A stretch of 64,000 nucleotides of DNA from Neocallimastix sp. 'constans'. Its lineage: Eukaryota. Under the pieces are notes generated by a model. It saw nothing but the letters and a program-made list of their open reading frames with translations. It made no database searches and had not been told where the DNA came from. The stretch covers positions 620,001 to 684,000 of the forward strand of contig JBODTK010000011.1 of assembly GCA_050613775.1 (NCBI GenBank), given 5' to 3'. The translations under genes were made by a program, and so were the position numbers. Position 1 is the stretch's first letter; every line of letters starts with the position of its first letter. Of this stretch, positions 14,980 through 35,389 are shown one piece after another.

Positions 14980-17100
14980 TTTTTTTTTTTTTTTTTTTTA
15001 GACTTAAAGAAAACTTTATTAAATTTATAATAATAATAAAATTACTAATTTAACTTGACATTTAAATAACTGTTTAATTTGGATTGTATAGGTTTCAATG
15101 GTAAAGATTCATCAAAAGGAATACCAAAGATAAGTATAGTTGTCAGTTTTAGGTAATTTGTTACGACCAATAAAGGAAGATGGATCTTCGTAATTTATCG
15201 GTTTAACATGGTTAATCGGTTTTACAACAAGAGTAGCACACTTATTAATTCCAAAAAGTCATTTCATTTTTAATAGTCTATTCATGAACCTTATTCAAAA
15301 ATTTTCTTAAGAGCTTGTTTAGATGGAGCAACTAAAACAATATCATCATCGGCAAAAAAGTCCACCACAACAATATTGAGATTCTAAATATACACCATAC
15401 TTATCACAATTATCTAGTACATCATTAATGAACAAATCGAATAAAATAGAAGATAGAGGGCATCCTTGTCTAACACCATGATTAATCGAAAATTTCTTCT
15501 GAGAGATTACCGTTAAAAAAAAGCACGAGCTTTAGAGGATAGATAAAGGTTCCTTAATAGCAGATGACATTTACTTCTAATTCCTAAGTTATATAATTTG
15601 GTCCAAATATTAAAGATAGATACTGAATCATAGGCTTTTTTAAGATAAGAAAAGCAAGATAAGTAAAATTTCCTTGAAATTTTCTTCTTTGACATATTTC
15701 TCTAATTGAAATATATAAACTTATACATTCTTCTTTATTTCTAATTCCAAATTGTTCAGGTCTAACGAATTTATGGTCTAAGGCATATTTAGCAATTCTA
15801 TTAGTAGCAATATTTGTAATGATTTTTAAACCGACATTAATAAGAAATATACTACGATAATTATTGCATTTTGAAAGATCTCCCTTTTTTTTGAAATTGA
15901 TATTATAGAAGCCGAATTCCACTCTTCAGGGAAATCATAATCCCAGATTTGGTTAAATAATGAAAGTAAACATTTAGCACAATCAGAGTAGTGAACATCT
16001 GAAAAATTGTCTTGATTATCGGATAAACCAGATTTACTAAAGAAAGCTTTAAAAAATTCAATCGGAATACCATCGGACCCAGGAGTTTTATTATTTTTCA
16101 TATCATACACTGTGCTTTGAATTTCTTCCACAGTGATAGGATCATTAATATCACAAGTACCATTTTTATTAGGATTAATTCCAAATAAATTAACCCAAGA
16201 TTCATTATTCAGACTATGTTGAGTAACATCAGAAGCTAGTTCACTATAATGTTCAGCAAATCGATTCAGTTGATCTGAATGAGAAAATAAAAAAGTTACC
16301 CTGCTTGTCCCTTAAAAACGCTTAACAAAAGTAGAATTAGAGTACATCGGGTGAGATAGCTTCTTTAATTTTAACCAAGCACTCCTACCATTTTTGTTAC
16401 GAAAATCATTACATACAGATTCTATCGACTGATGAAATTGTTTTGATTTAATAGAAAACTGAATTGACCTGACTTTACCACATATATTAATATATTCCGA
16501 ATCAAATTTAAAAAATCATCAAGTTATTCAAGATTAGGACCTAAAGAAAATTTTTTGATTTTATAAAATGCAATATGCTTTTCATGAGAAAGATTCTTGA
16601 TATAATGAGGGCAGTGGAAAGCTGAGCCTTTAAGATCACAAGGAACTCTAGCATTGATCTTTATCACCAACTTTATTAGCCCTTTCTATAAATTTATTGA
16701 CCATTTTATTAGAACTTAATTCTTTATTATCATTAAATTCATTAAGAAGAATTGAAAAGTAGTTATTTGAGAATATTTCATTTTTCTTTTCATTATACAT
16801 GTGTTGATCCATTTGAATCTTCTAGATGGAGTAGGAGCATGGAAACCTTCTGAGTCATCTTTCTTACAGGGAAAGGATAAGAGGAAAATGATCAGAAATA
16901 TCATTGAAGGTACTACAAACAGATACCCTATTAATGTATTCCTTCATTTTACAATTAAATAAAAACATGATCAATACAAGACGATCTACCATCACGAGCC
17001 CATGTGAAATCGAGACCTAATAAGTTTTTAGTGAACTACTGATGAGATGATTTATTAAGTAAACTTTCTAATTGGGATTTAGACATGTTAAAGTCACCTA
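14980..17100 (-). mobile_element. Degenerate LINE (APE C-terminal part and RT) with poly(A) tail
   Basis: GDFNM (~17085-17098), CIDHVF, SDHFPL, TPGSDGIP, RPEQFGIRN, KKAYDSV, GVRQGCPLS, FADDD; T-run then AGACTT at ~14980-15005 is the minus-strand AAGTCT(A)n end. Confidence 0.9.
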
Positions 17101-17104
17101 CAAG

Positions 17105-18530
17105 TTTTTTTTTTTTTTTTTTTTTTTAACGGCAGCAAACTTGTTTCATCTTTATTAATTAAATATTTGAAAAAAATATATATGTGATAAAAAGAAAAAA
17201 AAAGATAAAAAAATAAACAAAACAAAAAACACAAAATAAAAATAAAATATAATAAAATAATGGTATAAAACATTCTAGTTTCATTTAATTAATATCTGTA
17301 AGACTTCACATGGGCATTATTATACTGTAGTATAATAATTAAATTTGACTTCGCAATGTTAATCATAATTTTAAGATACAAAATTATGATCTTCATTGGT
17401 TGCGCTAGCCCTGCTGGCCTGTCTTACTGTTTCTTCAGCATTGATGCTCTTGGTAGTAGTAGTACGATTCGATTTGAACCTGTTGAACAAAGACCATTGC
17501 TGGCCAATAGCAATAGATATAATCGATTGAAGAAGAGCCGCAGTAACCACCAAGAATGGAGTATCAGAATAAGCACCTGATTTCATCTGGCACTTAAATA
17601 GATCCTTCCATTCCCTTGTACTGTTATTAATACTTCTGCCTCCAAGAAGGAAATTAAACACTTTTTCACACACACTAAAATCAACTTACACATTATTTTC
17701 AATACTATTACTAACATTATTAAAAATACTATTACTAATATTACTATAACTATTATTATTATTACTATTATTACTATTACTATTATTACTGTTGCTATTA
17801 TCATTATTACTATTAGCAATATCATTTGTTAGGTTTCCACGGTTAAAAGCATTACATAAAAATAAAATTTTATCATTAACTTTACTACTAATATGATTAA
17901 AAAATGAACAATCAATTAACCAATGCCTTATCCATTGTTTATTACTTTTACAACAGGGACAAATTTTTTTTTTTTTTGTTTTTTTTTAGACAGGGAAGAG
18001 AATACACTTCTATAACTTTATTAATTTTATTATAAAAAAATATATGTAGGTGAAAAGTACATTTGAAATTAAAAATAAAAAAATTTAAAAAATAAAAAAT
18101 AAAAAAGCTCAAAAATACTATGTATTTCGGCAAATTGTACTATGCGGGAATTTTTCATTTTTCCCTTCCTAACAAATAAAAAAGAAATAAAACCTAGAAG
18201 TAACATCTTTAAAATAGATAGTGTGGTGTTCACTAAACTCTCCCAGGATTCATCATTTATTGAACTACTAGGGCAAGATTCGTCCTTCGTAGAAATAGAT
18301 GACGATCCTGTATTATCATTATGCCTTATCAGTACGACGTCGACGCTCTTGGATAAGTTTGGTATTTTGCAATACCTATCAAATAATAGCTCAAACGAAC
18401 TACTAATGATAGGTATTGCACTTGTTAAGAATTCCGCCAAGCCCACAATTTTTGGAACAGGTGACTCAGATGAACCTTTAAAAAAGTAGTTCATTTAATT
18501 GTCTCTGTTCCCCACTACCGAAATGTAGCT
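17105..18530 (-). mobile_element. Two stacked short retroposon relics, each with a poly(A) end and the shared CpG motif
   Basis: T-runs at 17105-17127 and ~17963-17987 (the latter followed by AGAC); motif copies at 17434-17453 and 18324-18352; 17821-17850 resembles 3147-3177. Confidence 0.5.
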
Positions 18531-19105
18531 CATTTAAAACTAAAGTATTAATTTCTAATATAAATACAATAAAAACTAGATTAATACATAAATTTATGCT
18601 TTTACTACATTTCTTAATTAACATAAATTTATTATTAATTAGAGTTTTTATTTCTATTTCATATCATATAATAATAATTATTAATTATGTAACATTACAT
18701 AGCAAAAAATTTATAAATTTTTATTTTATTTTTTTAATACTTTTAAATTTTATTATTTAAATACTTTTTTTTTAAAGAATAAATATACATTGATATGATC
18801 TATAAAAAACAAATTAATACATATTAACTTTATACAAAGAAAAAAAAATGGGATTTAATAATATAAATAATATACTTCTTTTAATATAAAATATAAAAAT
18901 AAAAATAAAAAAAGTTATTAATAATAAGTTATTAATAATTAAGTTTTTTTTTTTTTTTTTTTTTTTTTTTGTTAGTTTTATAAAATTTTTTAAATGTTCT
19001 ACTTCTTAATAATGCATTTAAAAAGAATATTCATACTGAAATAATAAAAAAAAATTAATAATTCAATATATTAAAAAAAAAAAAGTAAATATTTCATTAT
19101 TTCCC

Positions 19106-20322
19106 TTATTTACAAACACAGTTTGAGCTACCGTTACATTTAGTACCAGTTTTCTTTGGTTCACTACCATTTTTATTACCAGTAAAAGTATAACAAACAT
19201 TACCACCATTAGCGTTAACATTCTTAAAAGTAGCGGTATCTCCAAAATTAGTGTTAATACCAGCAAGAACTCCAACACTTTTGGCATTAACATTTTCAAT
19301 AACAACATTTCTTTGACCTTGATAACCACTCTTACAATTACCACAGGATCTATATAATTTACCTGAATTTTGAACTTGGAAACCATTGATGTAAACAGTA
19401 CCAGCTGAGTTGTGTTGAACAATTTTATCAGAACCATTTTTTGCACCTCCACCTCTTAAATAGAATTTTGCATTCTTGTTACTTGAACCCAATAAAGATA
19501 AGGCATCTTCACAAACATCGTCCCACCATACATTTTCAACAGTACAACCATCACCAATACAATGTACATGCTCAATTGAATCTTTACCAAGAATAACATT
19601 TTTTAGGGTAGCACCAGTTTCTAATCTAAAAACAGCATCCTTACTACCTCCTTCAACATTCTTACAATCTCCTTGGCCGGATACACCTCTACCATAACTG
19701 GTCCAAACACCATTTTTAGCAAGACCATCAAAAGTTTGACCAGCTTTAACAACTATTGGACTACTTAATTTAACAGTTTTTTGAGCCTTTGGCCATGAAA
19801 CATTGGCATTAGCACTGCTTGAAGAAGTATTTTTATTATTATTGCTGTTACTTTTGTTGTTGTTATTGTTATTGTTGTTTTTGTTGTTATTATTATTATT
19901 ACTTTTTATTGTAGTGGTCTTTTTAGCACTAGTTTTTTTCGTATTTTTGTTATTGTTTTTATTATTGTTTTTATTATTGCTTTTATTATTGCTTTTATTA
20001 TTATTTCCGTTTGGAATACAGCTAGAGTACCAATCATTGTATTTCACACATTTATATCCTGACTGACAACAAGAAACTCCTCTGAAACCCCATCTATTTT
20101 ATATATATAATAAAATGTTATAAGTTTTTTTTTTCTTTTCTTTATTTTTTTTCTTTACTTTATTTTTTTTTTATTTTATATAGTATTAAAATATTAAATT
20201 TTTTTTTTTTTAAAAAAAAATAATAATAATAATTACCCAGCACATTGTGCAAATGCACCACCACAGGCAGCTTCAGCGTATTTTAATGCACAGACAAAAC
20301 CAACTATAGCTAATAATTTCAT
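19106..20322 (-). CDS. Secreted pectate lyase, family PL3, with N-terminal CBM1 and Asn/Lys-rich linker; 2 exons (20322-20237, 20093-19106)
   Basis: Splicing gives MKLLAIVGFVCALKYAEA + CGGAFAQCAGWGFRGVSCCQSGYKCVKYNDWYSSC (CBM1 pattern), then PL3 motifs GATLKNVILG, VWWDDVCEDA, DKIVQHN, GKLYRSCGNC. Confidence 0.95.
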
Positions 20323-21831
20323 TTTTTAATAACTAAATTTAAATTTTTATAGTGAATGAATAGTAATAAAAATTATTTATCAAAACAAAAAAAAAATTCA
20401 TCCTTTTATATAAAAAAAATAAAATAAAAAAAAAAAAAAAAATAAACAATAAAAATAAATATATTAAAAAAAAACAAATAAATAAAATAAACAATAAAAA
20501 ACAAATTAATAAATTAAATGGACTGACACATTTCCTTACGGCAAGTTTTATAAATTAAAAATTATTAATTATTATTTTGTTTTGTTTCAATTTTATTTAA
20601 TTTTTTAATAAATAAAGTTGATATTTTTTCCATTTTAAATGAAATTTATATATTATAATTAATTAAGTTTAAATTGTTTTATTGTTAAAAAAATAAAAAT
20701 TTTTTATATATAATTAAAAATTATAATTAACATGAAAAATAAAAAAAAATTCTTTAAATAATGTAAACATTAAATACTAATGAACTATTGTTATATTTAT
20801 TATATTATTATTTTTGTATATGCTATACAAAGAATATTTATTATATTATTATTTTTATATAGTATTCTATTCAAAGAATAATTTAGTCTAAAATTTAATT
20901 TTTTTTTTTTTTATTTTATATATATATATTTATATTATGTTTTTTAATTAAAATCATTAATTATTAATTTATTTTTAAATTATTGGCTTTCTAAGTAAAA
21001 TAAAAAAATGGAACATTTTTTGTGTACCATAACTATCCAATTATAGTAAACTATAAAATATTATTTAATAAATATATATATATAAATTTCATTCAAAATC
21101 ATAAATTTAAAATTAGATATAGTGAATATATATAGTGAATTAAATAATTAATAAAATAATTATATGGAATAATGAATATTTTATTTTTTATTATTAAATA
21201 ATAATAAATAAAAAAAAAGTTTTTATTATTAATATTCCATTTAATAATAAATAGAATATTAATATTAATTATTAATATATATTAAATAAGTACAATATTA
21301 AATAAATATTTGAATTTATATTCATTGTTAAAAATTTTTATCTAAATAAATAAATAAATAAATAATAAATAATATAGGATGAATATAATAAATAATAATA
21401 AACATCAAATAATAATAATAAACAACAATACAAAAATAATTATATATATAATACATATAATGAATAATAATAAACTGTGAATAATTATAAAACATTAAAA
21501 AAATAAATAATTATAAATCATTAAAAAATAAATAATTACAAATGATTTCTGTAATATTAAATTAATAATTATATATATTTTTAATGGATAGAATATACAT
21601 ATTCGGTAAAATTTTTGTTTTCATGGATGTGCCGTTCTTATATGATGTTACATAAAATAAATAAAAAATAAAAAATAAAAATATAAATAAATAAATTTTA
21701 AATAAAAATTTATAATAATAAGATTATATTAATAAAGAAATATTAAAAATACAAAAATTATATATATATATATATTTACAAAAAACATATCTTATATAAA
21801 TACAATAAATATATTGTAAGCATAAAAAGAT

Positions 21832-22334
21832 TTTTTTTAAGACTTTCTCTTGTAAGTCTGATCATATTATCCCAGCCACAACAGACAACTAATATCAAAC
21901 AAATTTTATAGCGAGTGTGTATCAGGATGACCATATAATGTGCTCTCATGCCATACTATTTCGGCGTCGACCCTCTCAGTGACGATTAAAGAACCACATA
22001 AGATGACGGATACCTCAAGCCACAACCACATATACTATAACATATATATTTATCTTCCACTTACCTTATGTCAAATTAAGAAATGCATTCTAACACGTAA
22101 TCAATAATATATTAACTAATAAGGATATATAATACGCTGGAATCACCTAACACGCTTCAGGCATGTATACGTACAACTGAGAAGCACGATCATAGTGTAG
22201 ACTGATGACTTGTTAGATTTAGGGTTAGGCTGTCAATTGGGTTATTATTGGGTGGTAAGGTGGAATTGAACTTCCGGACTATTGATCCCAGGGTATTATA
22301 CTCGTTGACCATTGACCCGATCTTACGGAGTTCT
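21832..22334 (-). mobile_element. tRNA-derived SINE-like element with poly(A) and target-site duplication
   Basis: Flanks AGCATAAAAAGAT (21819-21831) and AGCATAAAAGGAT (22335-22347); 3' end AAGTCTT(A)n like the LINEs; 5' tRNA-like head 22326-22255 with A-box-like CGGGTCAATGGT, B-box GTTCAATTCC and acceptor-like stem GTAAGAT/ACCTTAC. Confidence 0.75.
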
Positions 22335-23121
22335 AGCATAAAAGGATGATATAGTTAATATTTTTTATATTATTTAAATAATTGAAGTATAGGATAATGT
22401 TTTTATTTTGTTTTTGTTTTTGTTTTTGTTTTTGTTTTTGTTTTTGTTTTTACTTTCATTTTTATTTTTACTTTTATTTTTATTTAATTTTATTTTTTTT
22501 ACTTTTTTTTTTACTTTTTTTTTTACTTTTATTTTTAAAAAAATACGATAATTAATAGCTTTATGATTAACTTTTTTAATTTTTAATTTTCTTAAAATTT
22601 TCGAAAATATTAGAATTAAATTTTATAAAATATTTGTTTAGTAATATTAATTTATTATTTTATAAAATCTAAATAATTGATTAACAAAGATTTGAAGTAC
22701 AGATAAAATTACTTGTTTTTATATTTAATTGTGACTTGTTCTAGATACATATTAATATATATTTAATTTTTATTTACAATATATTTAATATTTTATTAAA
22801 CTTTATTAATATAAAGTTATATTCTAGTAAAAGTTAACACTCCCTTTCAAATTAAATTTTTTATTTTACAAAATTTTATTTGGATATTTTGTTTCCATTA
22901 AGTTTTTTTTGATAATGATAACCACGACTTTTGAATTATTTTTATTAATTTCTCCAAAACTTTCATCGTCATTATTGGCTCCACTAAATATATTGGAAGT
23001 GACGTAGTAAGAGGTCATATAAATGTTAGTTAAGTAAAGTAACTTTTTCCACTTTTTGAAATTAGAACCCATGTAATCGTACATTCTCTCCATTATATAT
23101 ATTATGAAACCACTGTATTTC

Positions 23122-23401
23122 GCAAGAGTGCATTTCGAAATGTGGAGTATTTTCATATGTGACTTGTTTTTTTTTTAATAATTAAATATATAATAATTAA
23201 ATAAATATAATTAAATAAATAATAAATATTCTTTTTTTTTTTTTTGTATATAATTTATTAATATTCAATTGTAAAAATAATTTTTTATAATTCTTTTTTA
23301 ATAATATTTAATTGTAAAAAATATATTATTATTTAATTCTTAAAAATGTATGGCTTTATTTTAAAATTATTATATGCCACATTGCAAAATGCACGATCCC
23401 C
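23122..23401. mobile_element. Possible MULE-related MITE
   Basis: Imperfect inverted ends GTGCATTTCGAAATGTGG and CCACATTGCAAAATGCAC, similar to the TIR-like GTGCATTTCGGAACGTGG at ~46133; no TSD found. Confidence 0.45.
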
Positions 23402-23832
23402 TATATTATTATTCTAAATCTCATAAATAATATAGACAAGATAATGGGTCAAAAGGGTTGTACAAGTACTGTCATTTAATATATTTGAGAGGAAATTTTT
23501 AACATTTGGATACATTATTTAATGTCCCCATGTAGATATATATTCCACTTGGTGATGTAGATATATTCTACTAAATTACAATCTTTCTGACGTTTAATGT
23601 ATTTGCCAAGAGAGCTAGTACGTATCTTCATGGGTCAGGTTATACAGGACTCGCTTCAAACGGAGAAAAAGCGTGAATGAAAAATTTTCAAATTCACCAA
23701 TATTGAACATTCAGTAAGGCAGTCTAGCAAGGACATTATTTGCCTATATGGAAGTGTATGACTACCTCAATGTTCCACTGTTTACAAGGAAGAGGGACTG
23801 AAACCAAGGGTGGTACTTCCAGAAATAAATAA

Positions 23833-23870
<38 letters not shown>

Positions 23871-24450
23871 AACAAATTTTGAAACTTTTTATTTACTTAG
23901 GTATTTATGAATTTAATTAGTTATTTACCAATTTATTCATTTACTTTTATTCATATATTTTTATTTATTTAATTATAAATTTATTTGTTTATATATTATA
24001 TTATTTCTTTTTTGATTATAAATTAACTAATCCTTAAAAAAATACTTGATACCACACTTAATTTACTATATTTTTAATCTATTTTTTTATTCCTTGGAAT
24101 ATAAAAAATTGCAAATAATTATTTTTTAAGAAAACATAAACATTTTTATGCATATGATACAACAACAAACAGATGTAAACTAATTACATCAAAAGAAAAA
24201 TTATTAAAAAATATATAAATGCTAATATATATATATATATTTTAAAGTTTATTCAATATTCAATGAAATTAAATATAGAATTAAAAAAGAAATAAAAAAT
24301 AATAGTAATAATTAAAATTAATATATATATTTATATATATAAACTTTTTAAAGTAAATTATTATTTATATTTCTGTATTCATTTTTATTTTTATTATCGA
24401 ATATCAATTTTAAATATAAATTTACTTGAAGTATCATTTTAAAAAAATAT

Positions 24451-24493
<43 letters not shown>

Positions 24494-25559
24494 TAAAATT
24501 TATATATATGTTATATATATATGTTTTAATTTTATTTCCAAAAATTTGTATTTAGACACATCAATACAATAATTTTTTTATAAATTAGTCTTTTTTTTCT
24601 TTTTTTTTAATAAAACAAAAGTTAATAAACATAATACATATATATATATAATATTTAATATTTCATATTATAAAATTTTATTAATTATTATTATTAAATT
24701 AATAAGAGTGGAAAAACTAGATTTCGAACCAAATTATTACATAATATTTAACAAAATATAAAAATTTTAAATAAAAACACATATTGATTTTAATCATTAA
24801 TATTAATAAATACAGTTTTAAAATATAAAATTTAAAATAAAATAAAATATAAAAAAAAAAAAAAAATAAAAATAAAAATAAAAATAAAAATAAAAATAAA
24901 AATAAAAATAAAAAACATTAAAATTAGTTTAAAAAAATTTTTTTTAAAAAAAAAAAAACATTAAAAGATTAAATTATCTATCTTTAATATCCTCCTTTTT
25001 ATCCTCCTTTTTTATTTTTTTTAAAAAATATATATATATATATAAAATATGTATATACATATTACAAAGCTTAATAAAATATATTCATAACTTTATCTTT
25101 TTTTTTGGAATGATGTTATTATTTATTTATATTTATAGGAAACTCTAATTATTTTTTTTTTATTTAATATAAATTATCCAATATAAAACTCAAATTATTC
25201 TATTTAGTATAAATAAATATAATACATTAAAAAAAAAAAAAAAAAAAAAATTATCCATCATTAACATATATGTAAAAAAAAAAAAAAAGTGATTTAATTT
25301 TTTTTATAAAAAATTCATATTATGCCTGAAGAAATAATAAAAAAAAAGTTTAAATATATATAAAAGTTAATTGATGATAAAAAGAATAATAGTAATAATA
25401 ATGAAATTCCAATTTAAGGTTCATATAAATTAAAATTATATGTATTTATTCATTTTTTTTGAAATATCAATGTTTTTTAAATAAATAAAATAAAATAGGT
25501 TAAATATATATAATTCATTAATTTTATTAAAATCTAAATAAGGATTATAATAAAAATCA

Positions 25560-25601
<42 letters not shown>

Positions 25602-25803
25602 AGAAAATACTATATTATATATATATCTATTTTTATAATAAATCAAAAATACTCTATCAATTTTCCATCATTATATATAAATATGAACATTATTATATTC
25701 CTCATTTCTTTCAAAAATCCTAATTAAAATATTAAATAAATATATAATATTATTCAATATAAATATAATTTTAAATAAATCATTAATAATAATAATTAAG
25801 AGA

Positions 25804-31567
<5,764 letters not shown>

Positions 31568-32840
31568 CAGCATAGTATAAATTATATATATTTAAAATGA
31601 TGAATCGAATGATTTAATTTTATTTTTATAAATAAACAAAATTTCTTATATTTAAATATATTAAATAATAATTGCTATATAAAAATATGTATAAATCATT
31701 TTTATACATATTTAAAGATAATCAGTTTTACATGATAAAACTGTCAAATAATATAAAAAATAATTAATTCATGTATAAATTGAAATTACACAAAGCGATA
31801 TAAAATTTAATAACTTCAAATCTTTCTATTATAGTGTATTGTAAATATTGTGTTTAATAAGGATAAATTAAAAAATTTACTACGCTATATCTTGATTTGT
31901 ATTATTATATTACTTTTTTTTTTTTTTTTTTTTTTTAATACTAAAGAAGAATCATTAACAAAAAAAAATATAATATAATAATTATTTTTTTTTATCATTA
32001 TTATCAATTAATTTAACAATAAATCTTTACATTATATTAATTATTTAATTCAATTTAAATATTGCTAAAATAATTTCTTAAATATATTTATATTCTAATA
32101 ATTTCCCCCTAAAATTAAGTATTTAACATTATTACTCCATTAGTAATAGATGTATTTAAAACATCTCTTATAATATATGGTTTATATATTACCATCTATA
32201 TGATAGAAAGCTTTCTCCTGAAGGGGGATATTATACTCTCTCAACTTGTGTGAATACCTCTTATATATTAGGTTTTTTTTTACATTACTTTCAATTTAAA
32301 TTTGCTTTATAGATTAGCTCAAACTTTTATATATTTTCGCTTTGTAGTTTTAGAGATAACTATTAAAATAAATTATTAATTATATATTGGTGTACTTGAA
32401 AAATCATAATCTTGGGGTATTAAAATTGATTGTATTTATTGTTAATTATATTATTCTAGTCATTATAATTTATTAGTAACTAATATAAATTGTTTCAGAA
32501 TTGATTAATATTCAATATTTCAGTTAATTTTTTTTTCTTGAAGGTTAATTTTTGTTAATTTTCACTATTAGAATATTTTATTCATTTCCAAGATAAATAT
32601 TATTTTTAAATAATTAGTTCAAAGAATCAGTTAAGCAACTTTTCTTTAATATTTTAAGTTCTTTATTTTATTTTATCTAGTTCCCCCTAAAATCCAAATT
32701 TTTAAAAGGATTTTATATATTTGGATATTCTCATTATTAATATATTAATGATAAAAGTTTAATGATTATAACTCTAAAATACTTTTTCAGTCAATAAGTA
32801 TAGTTTATAGATGGATAAACATCATCCATTTGTATATAAC

Positions 32841-33024
32841 TCATAGTTATATTTATTATTTTATTATACCTTTCATCAAGGTTTTTTCATAGTTATATTT
32901 ATTATTTTATTATACCTTTCATCAAGGTTTTTTCATAGTTATATTTATTATTTTATTATACCTTTCATCAAGGTTTTCTCATAGTTATATTTATTATTTT
33001 ATTATACCTTTCATCAAGGTTTTC
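32841..33024. repeat. Tandem repeat, 4 copies of about 46 nt
   Basis: TCATAGTTATATTTATTATTTTATTATACCTTTCATCAAGGTTTT repeated four times. Confidence 0.92.
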
Positions 33025-35050
33025 ATTATGATTATATTGAATTAGTTATTATCTAAACCCATTTCATACTAGGCTATTATTGTTAGAATGCACAATAGGA
33101 ACTATTCTATTATATTTCCCTTTAATATTTGGAATATTATATTTTAATAATTTTATAGGAGGTCTCTAACATTTAGACACCTCCATTATTGCAATTTATA
33201 TTTATATATAACTATACTTATAATAATAGGTTTTTATTATGTATAATATAGTGTGTTACTAATAACAGTTAAATTTGTTAAAATATTAAATTATAATTTC
33301 AATAAAGATATATATTTTTCTTTTATATACGTTTTGAATGTGTTTTTCCCTATTAAATTAACATTTTTATATTTTTAGAGTTTTATTTAACTTGTAATAA
33401 CTTCCTTTTATCAACTATTATATATATTACGCGTTTCTTCAATTTTGTTATCAGTTTTATTAGTTTTCCTAAAATTGACATAATGAACAGCTTTTACCAT
33501 AACATAAAATTCAATTTATTTTTTTTATATTGGAATAATATTGTTTCCTACAAAAGATTCTTTTGCAAAGAATCTTTTTAAGAGTCAGAAATTTATATAT
33601 AGTTTATAATTATGTCAATTTTATTAATATAATTTATGATAAAGAGTTACTAGCACTTTATTATTCAAAATATAATACTTTAATATTAATAAATTGTGGC
33701 TTATACATGAATTATAATACAATATATTTCAATACATTTAAAGCTTATTTTTCATATATTTCACATATAATTATTATAATTTAAAGCTGGTAATTCTCTA
33801 TTAGAAATATAAATTTTAGAAAATATATTGAATTAGCTGTTACAAATAATAAAAATAATATAATTTATATTTAATATGTTACGTATTAGCAATATCATAT
33901 GAACATTATGAATAACATATCTAATACGCCTCATTAAGCCTCATTAATTACAACAACTTTATTTGTATATAGTTTTTATAGTTTAATTAAATTTTATTAT
34001 TGTTTTGTTTTGTGTTTTTCTTGTCTTTCGAAATAAAAATTATATAAATGTATTATTATTATATAATAAATAAATAAAAATATTACATAAATATATAATT
34101 CGTATTATCTTCGAAATCTCTGAACCCACAACTTTGAACAAATATATTAATAATATTAATGTATATGTATTAAAGTATTGTATACAAATTGCATTTATTT
34201 AATTTTAATAATTTTATATATTCTTTATAAAATCTTCCTCCCTTAATTTAAGATATCTCTTTGGGATATCTGAATGAAATAATAAAGATAATTTAAAGTA
34301 TATAGATGTACTGAATAAAAAATTTATAATGAATGTAAATTTTTCATTATTTTAAATGACTAGTATGAGATTTTAAAATATGAAAGTTTATACAATTATC
34401 TGTAATAAAGCATATAACCAAAGAAGAAATAAGAAAAAGTTCAATTTCTTTATACAGAAGACCTAAGTACATACATAATGAAATTTCTCATGAAATGGAT
34501 TTTATATGTCCTGAATATAGTACAATTAGACCTCAAATAATAATAAGTATAAATAAGTAGTTAAATATTAATATAATTTACTAATTAATGAAATTCGTGA
34601 TGTGTATCAGAATATTATAAAACAAAAAAAGGTGAGGATTTTATAATATTAAAGAATCTTAATCTAATAATTTTTCAATCCTCATTCTAACCAAAACTGT
34701 TTTTTACATTATAATAATATATATATATTTTTTTTCATACGAGTTAATTTTTGTATGTTCATTATTTTTATATGATAACTCATTTTAATATTTTATTTTA
34801 CATACTATAATATTTTATAATTATATTGATAATTAATTATGAGGAGCTCAAATGATAAAAAATGAAATAAAAAAAATAAATAAATAAAGGGAAATTATTA
34901 TTTAATATTATATATTAGAAAGATCAGAAAGTTGATCTTTCATTTTTTTTTTTCATTTTTTTTTTGTTTAATAAAAAAAGTTTTTATTTTTTAGAAATAT
35001 ATTTTATTATTTTTACATTAAATCAAGTTTAAATATTGATTATTGTAAAA

Positions 35051-35102
<52 letters not shown>

Positions 35103-35389
35103 TGATACAAAAGAGTTTAAAAATCATTTGATCCATTATATTCATAATAAAAAAAAAAACTTTTCTTGTTTGTTTTTTAACTTTTTTTTTTTTTTTTTAT
35201 TTATTCTTTGCTTTTACGTCTAGAATATTTCTTAAAAATAAATCTAGTTTCTTTATTTTCATACAACCAGTAATAAACTTTATTTAATAATATTTATTAA
35301 AAAATGAAAATACATAAAAAAAAAAAAAAAAATACATGAAATTTTTTTTTTACATTAATATTAAAAAAAGTAAGTTATGAATTTCGAGA

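Noticed and set aside
18069..18494. Overlapping 141-aa and 115-aa ORFs on opposite strands
   Set aside because: No recognisable domain; they lie in a GC-richer retroposon relic where stops are rarer.
21955..21985. Hammerhead-like CTGAGAG...GAAA on the minus strand (and CTGATGA at 22202)
   Set aside because: The CUGANGA core is not matched, flanking stems are missing, and other motif copies lack it.
22255..22326. Functional tRNA gene
   Set aside because: Anticodon and T arms pair poorly and it is embedded in a TSD-flanked poly(A) element.
32841..33024. CRISPR-like appearance of tandem repeats (also 49625-49885)
   Set aside because: Repeats are contiguous with no unique spacers, in a eukaryotic context with no cas genes.
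32100..33600. Possible degraded retroelement coding sequence
   Set aside because: No diagnostic motif could be read.
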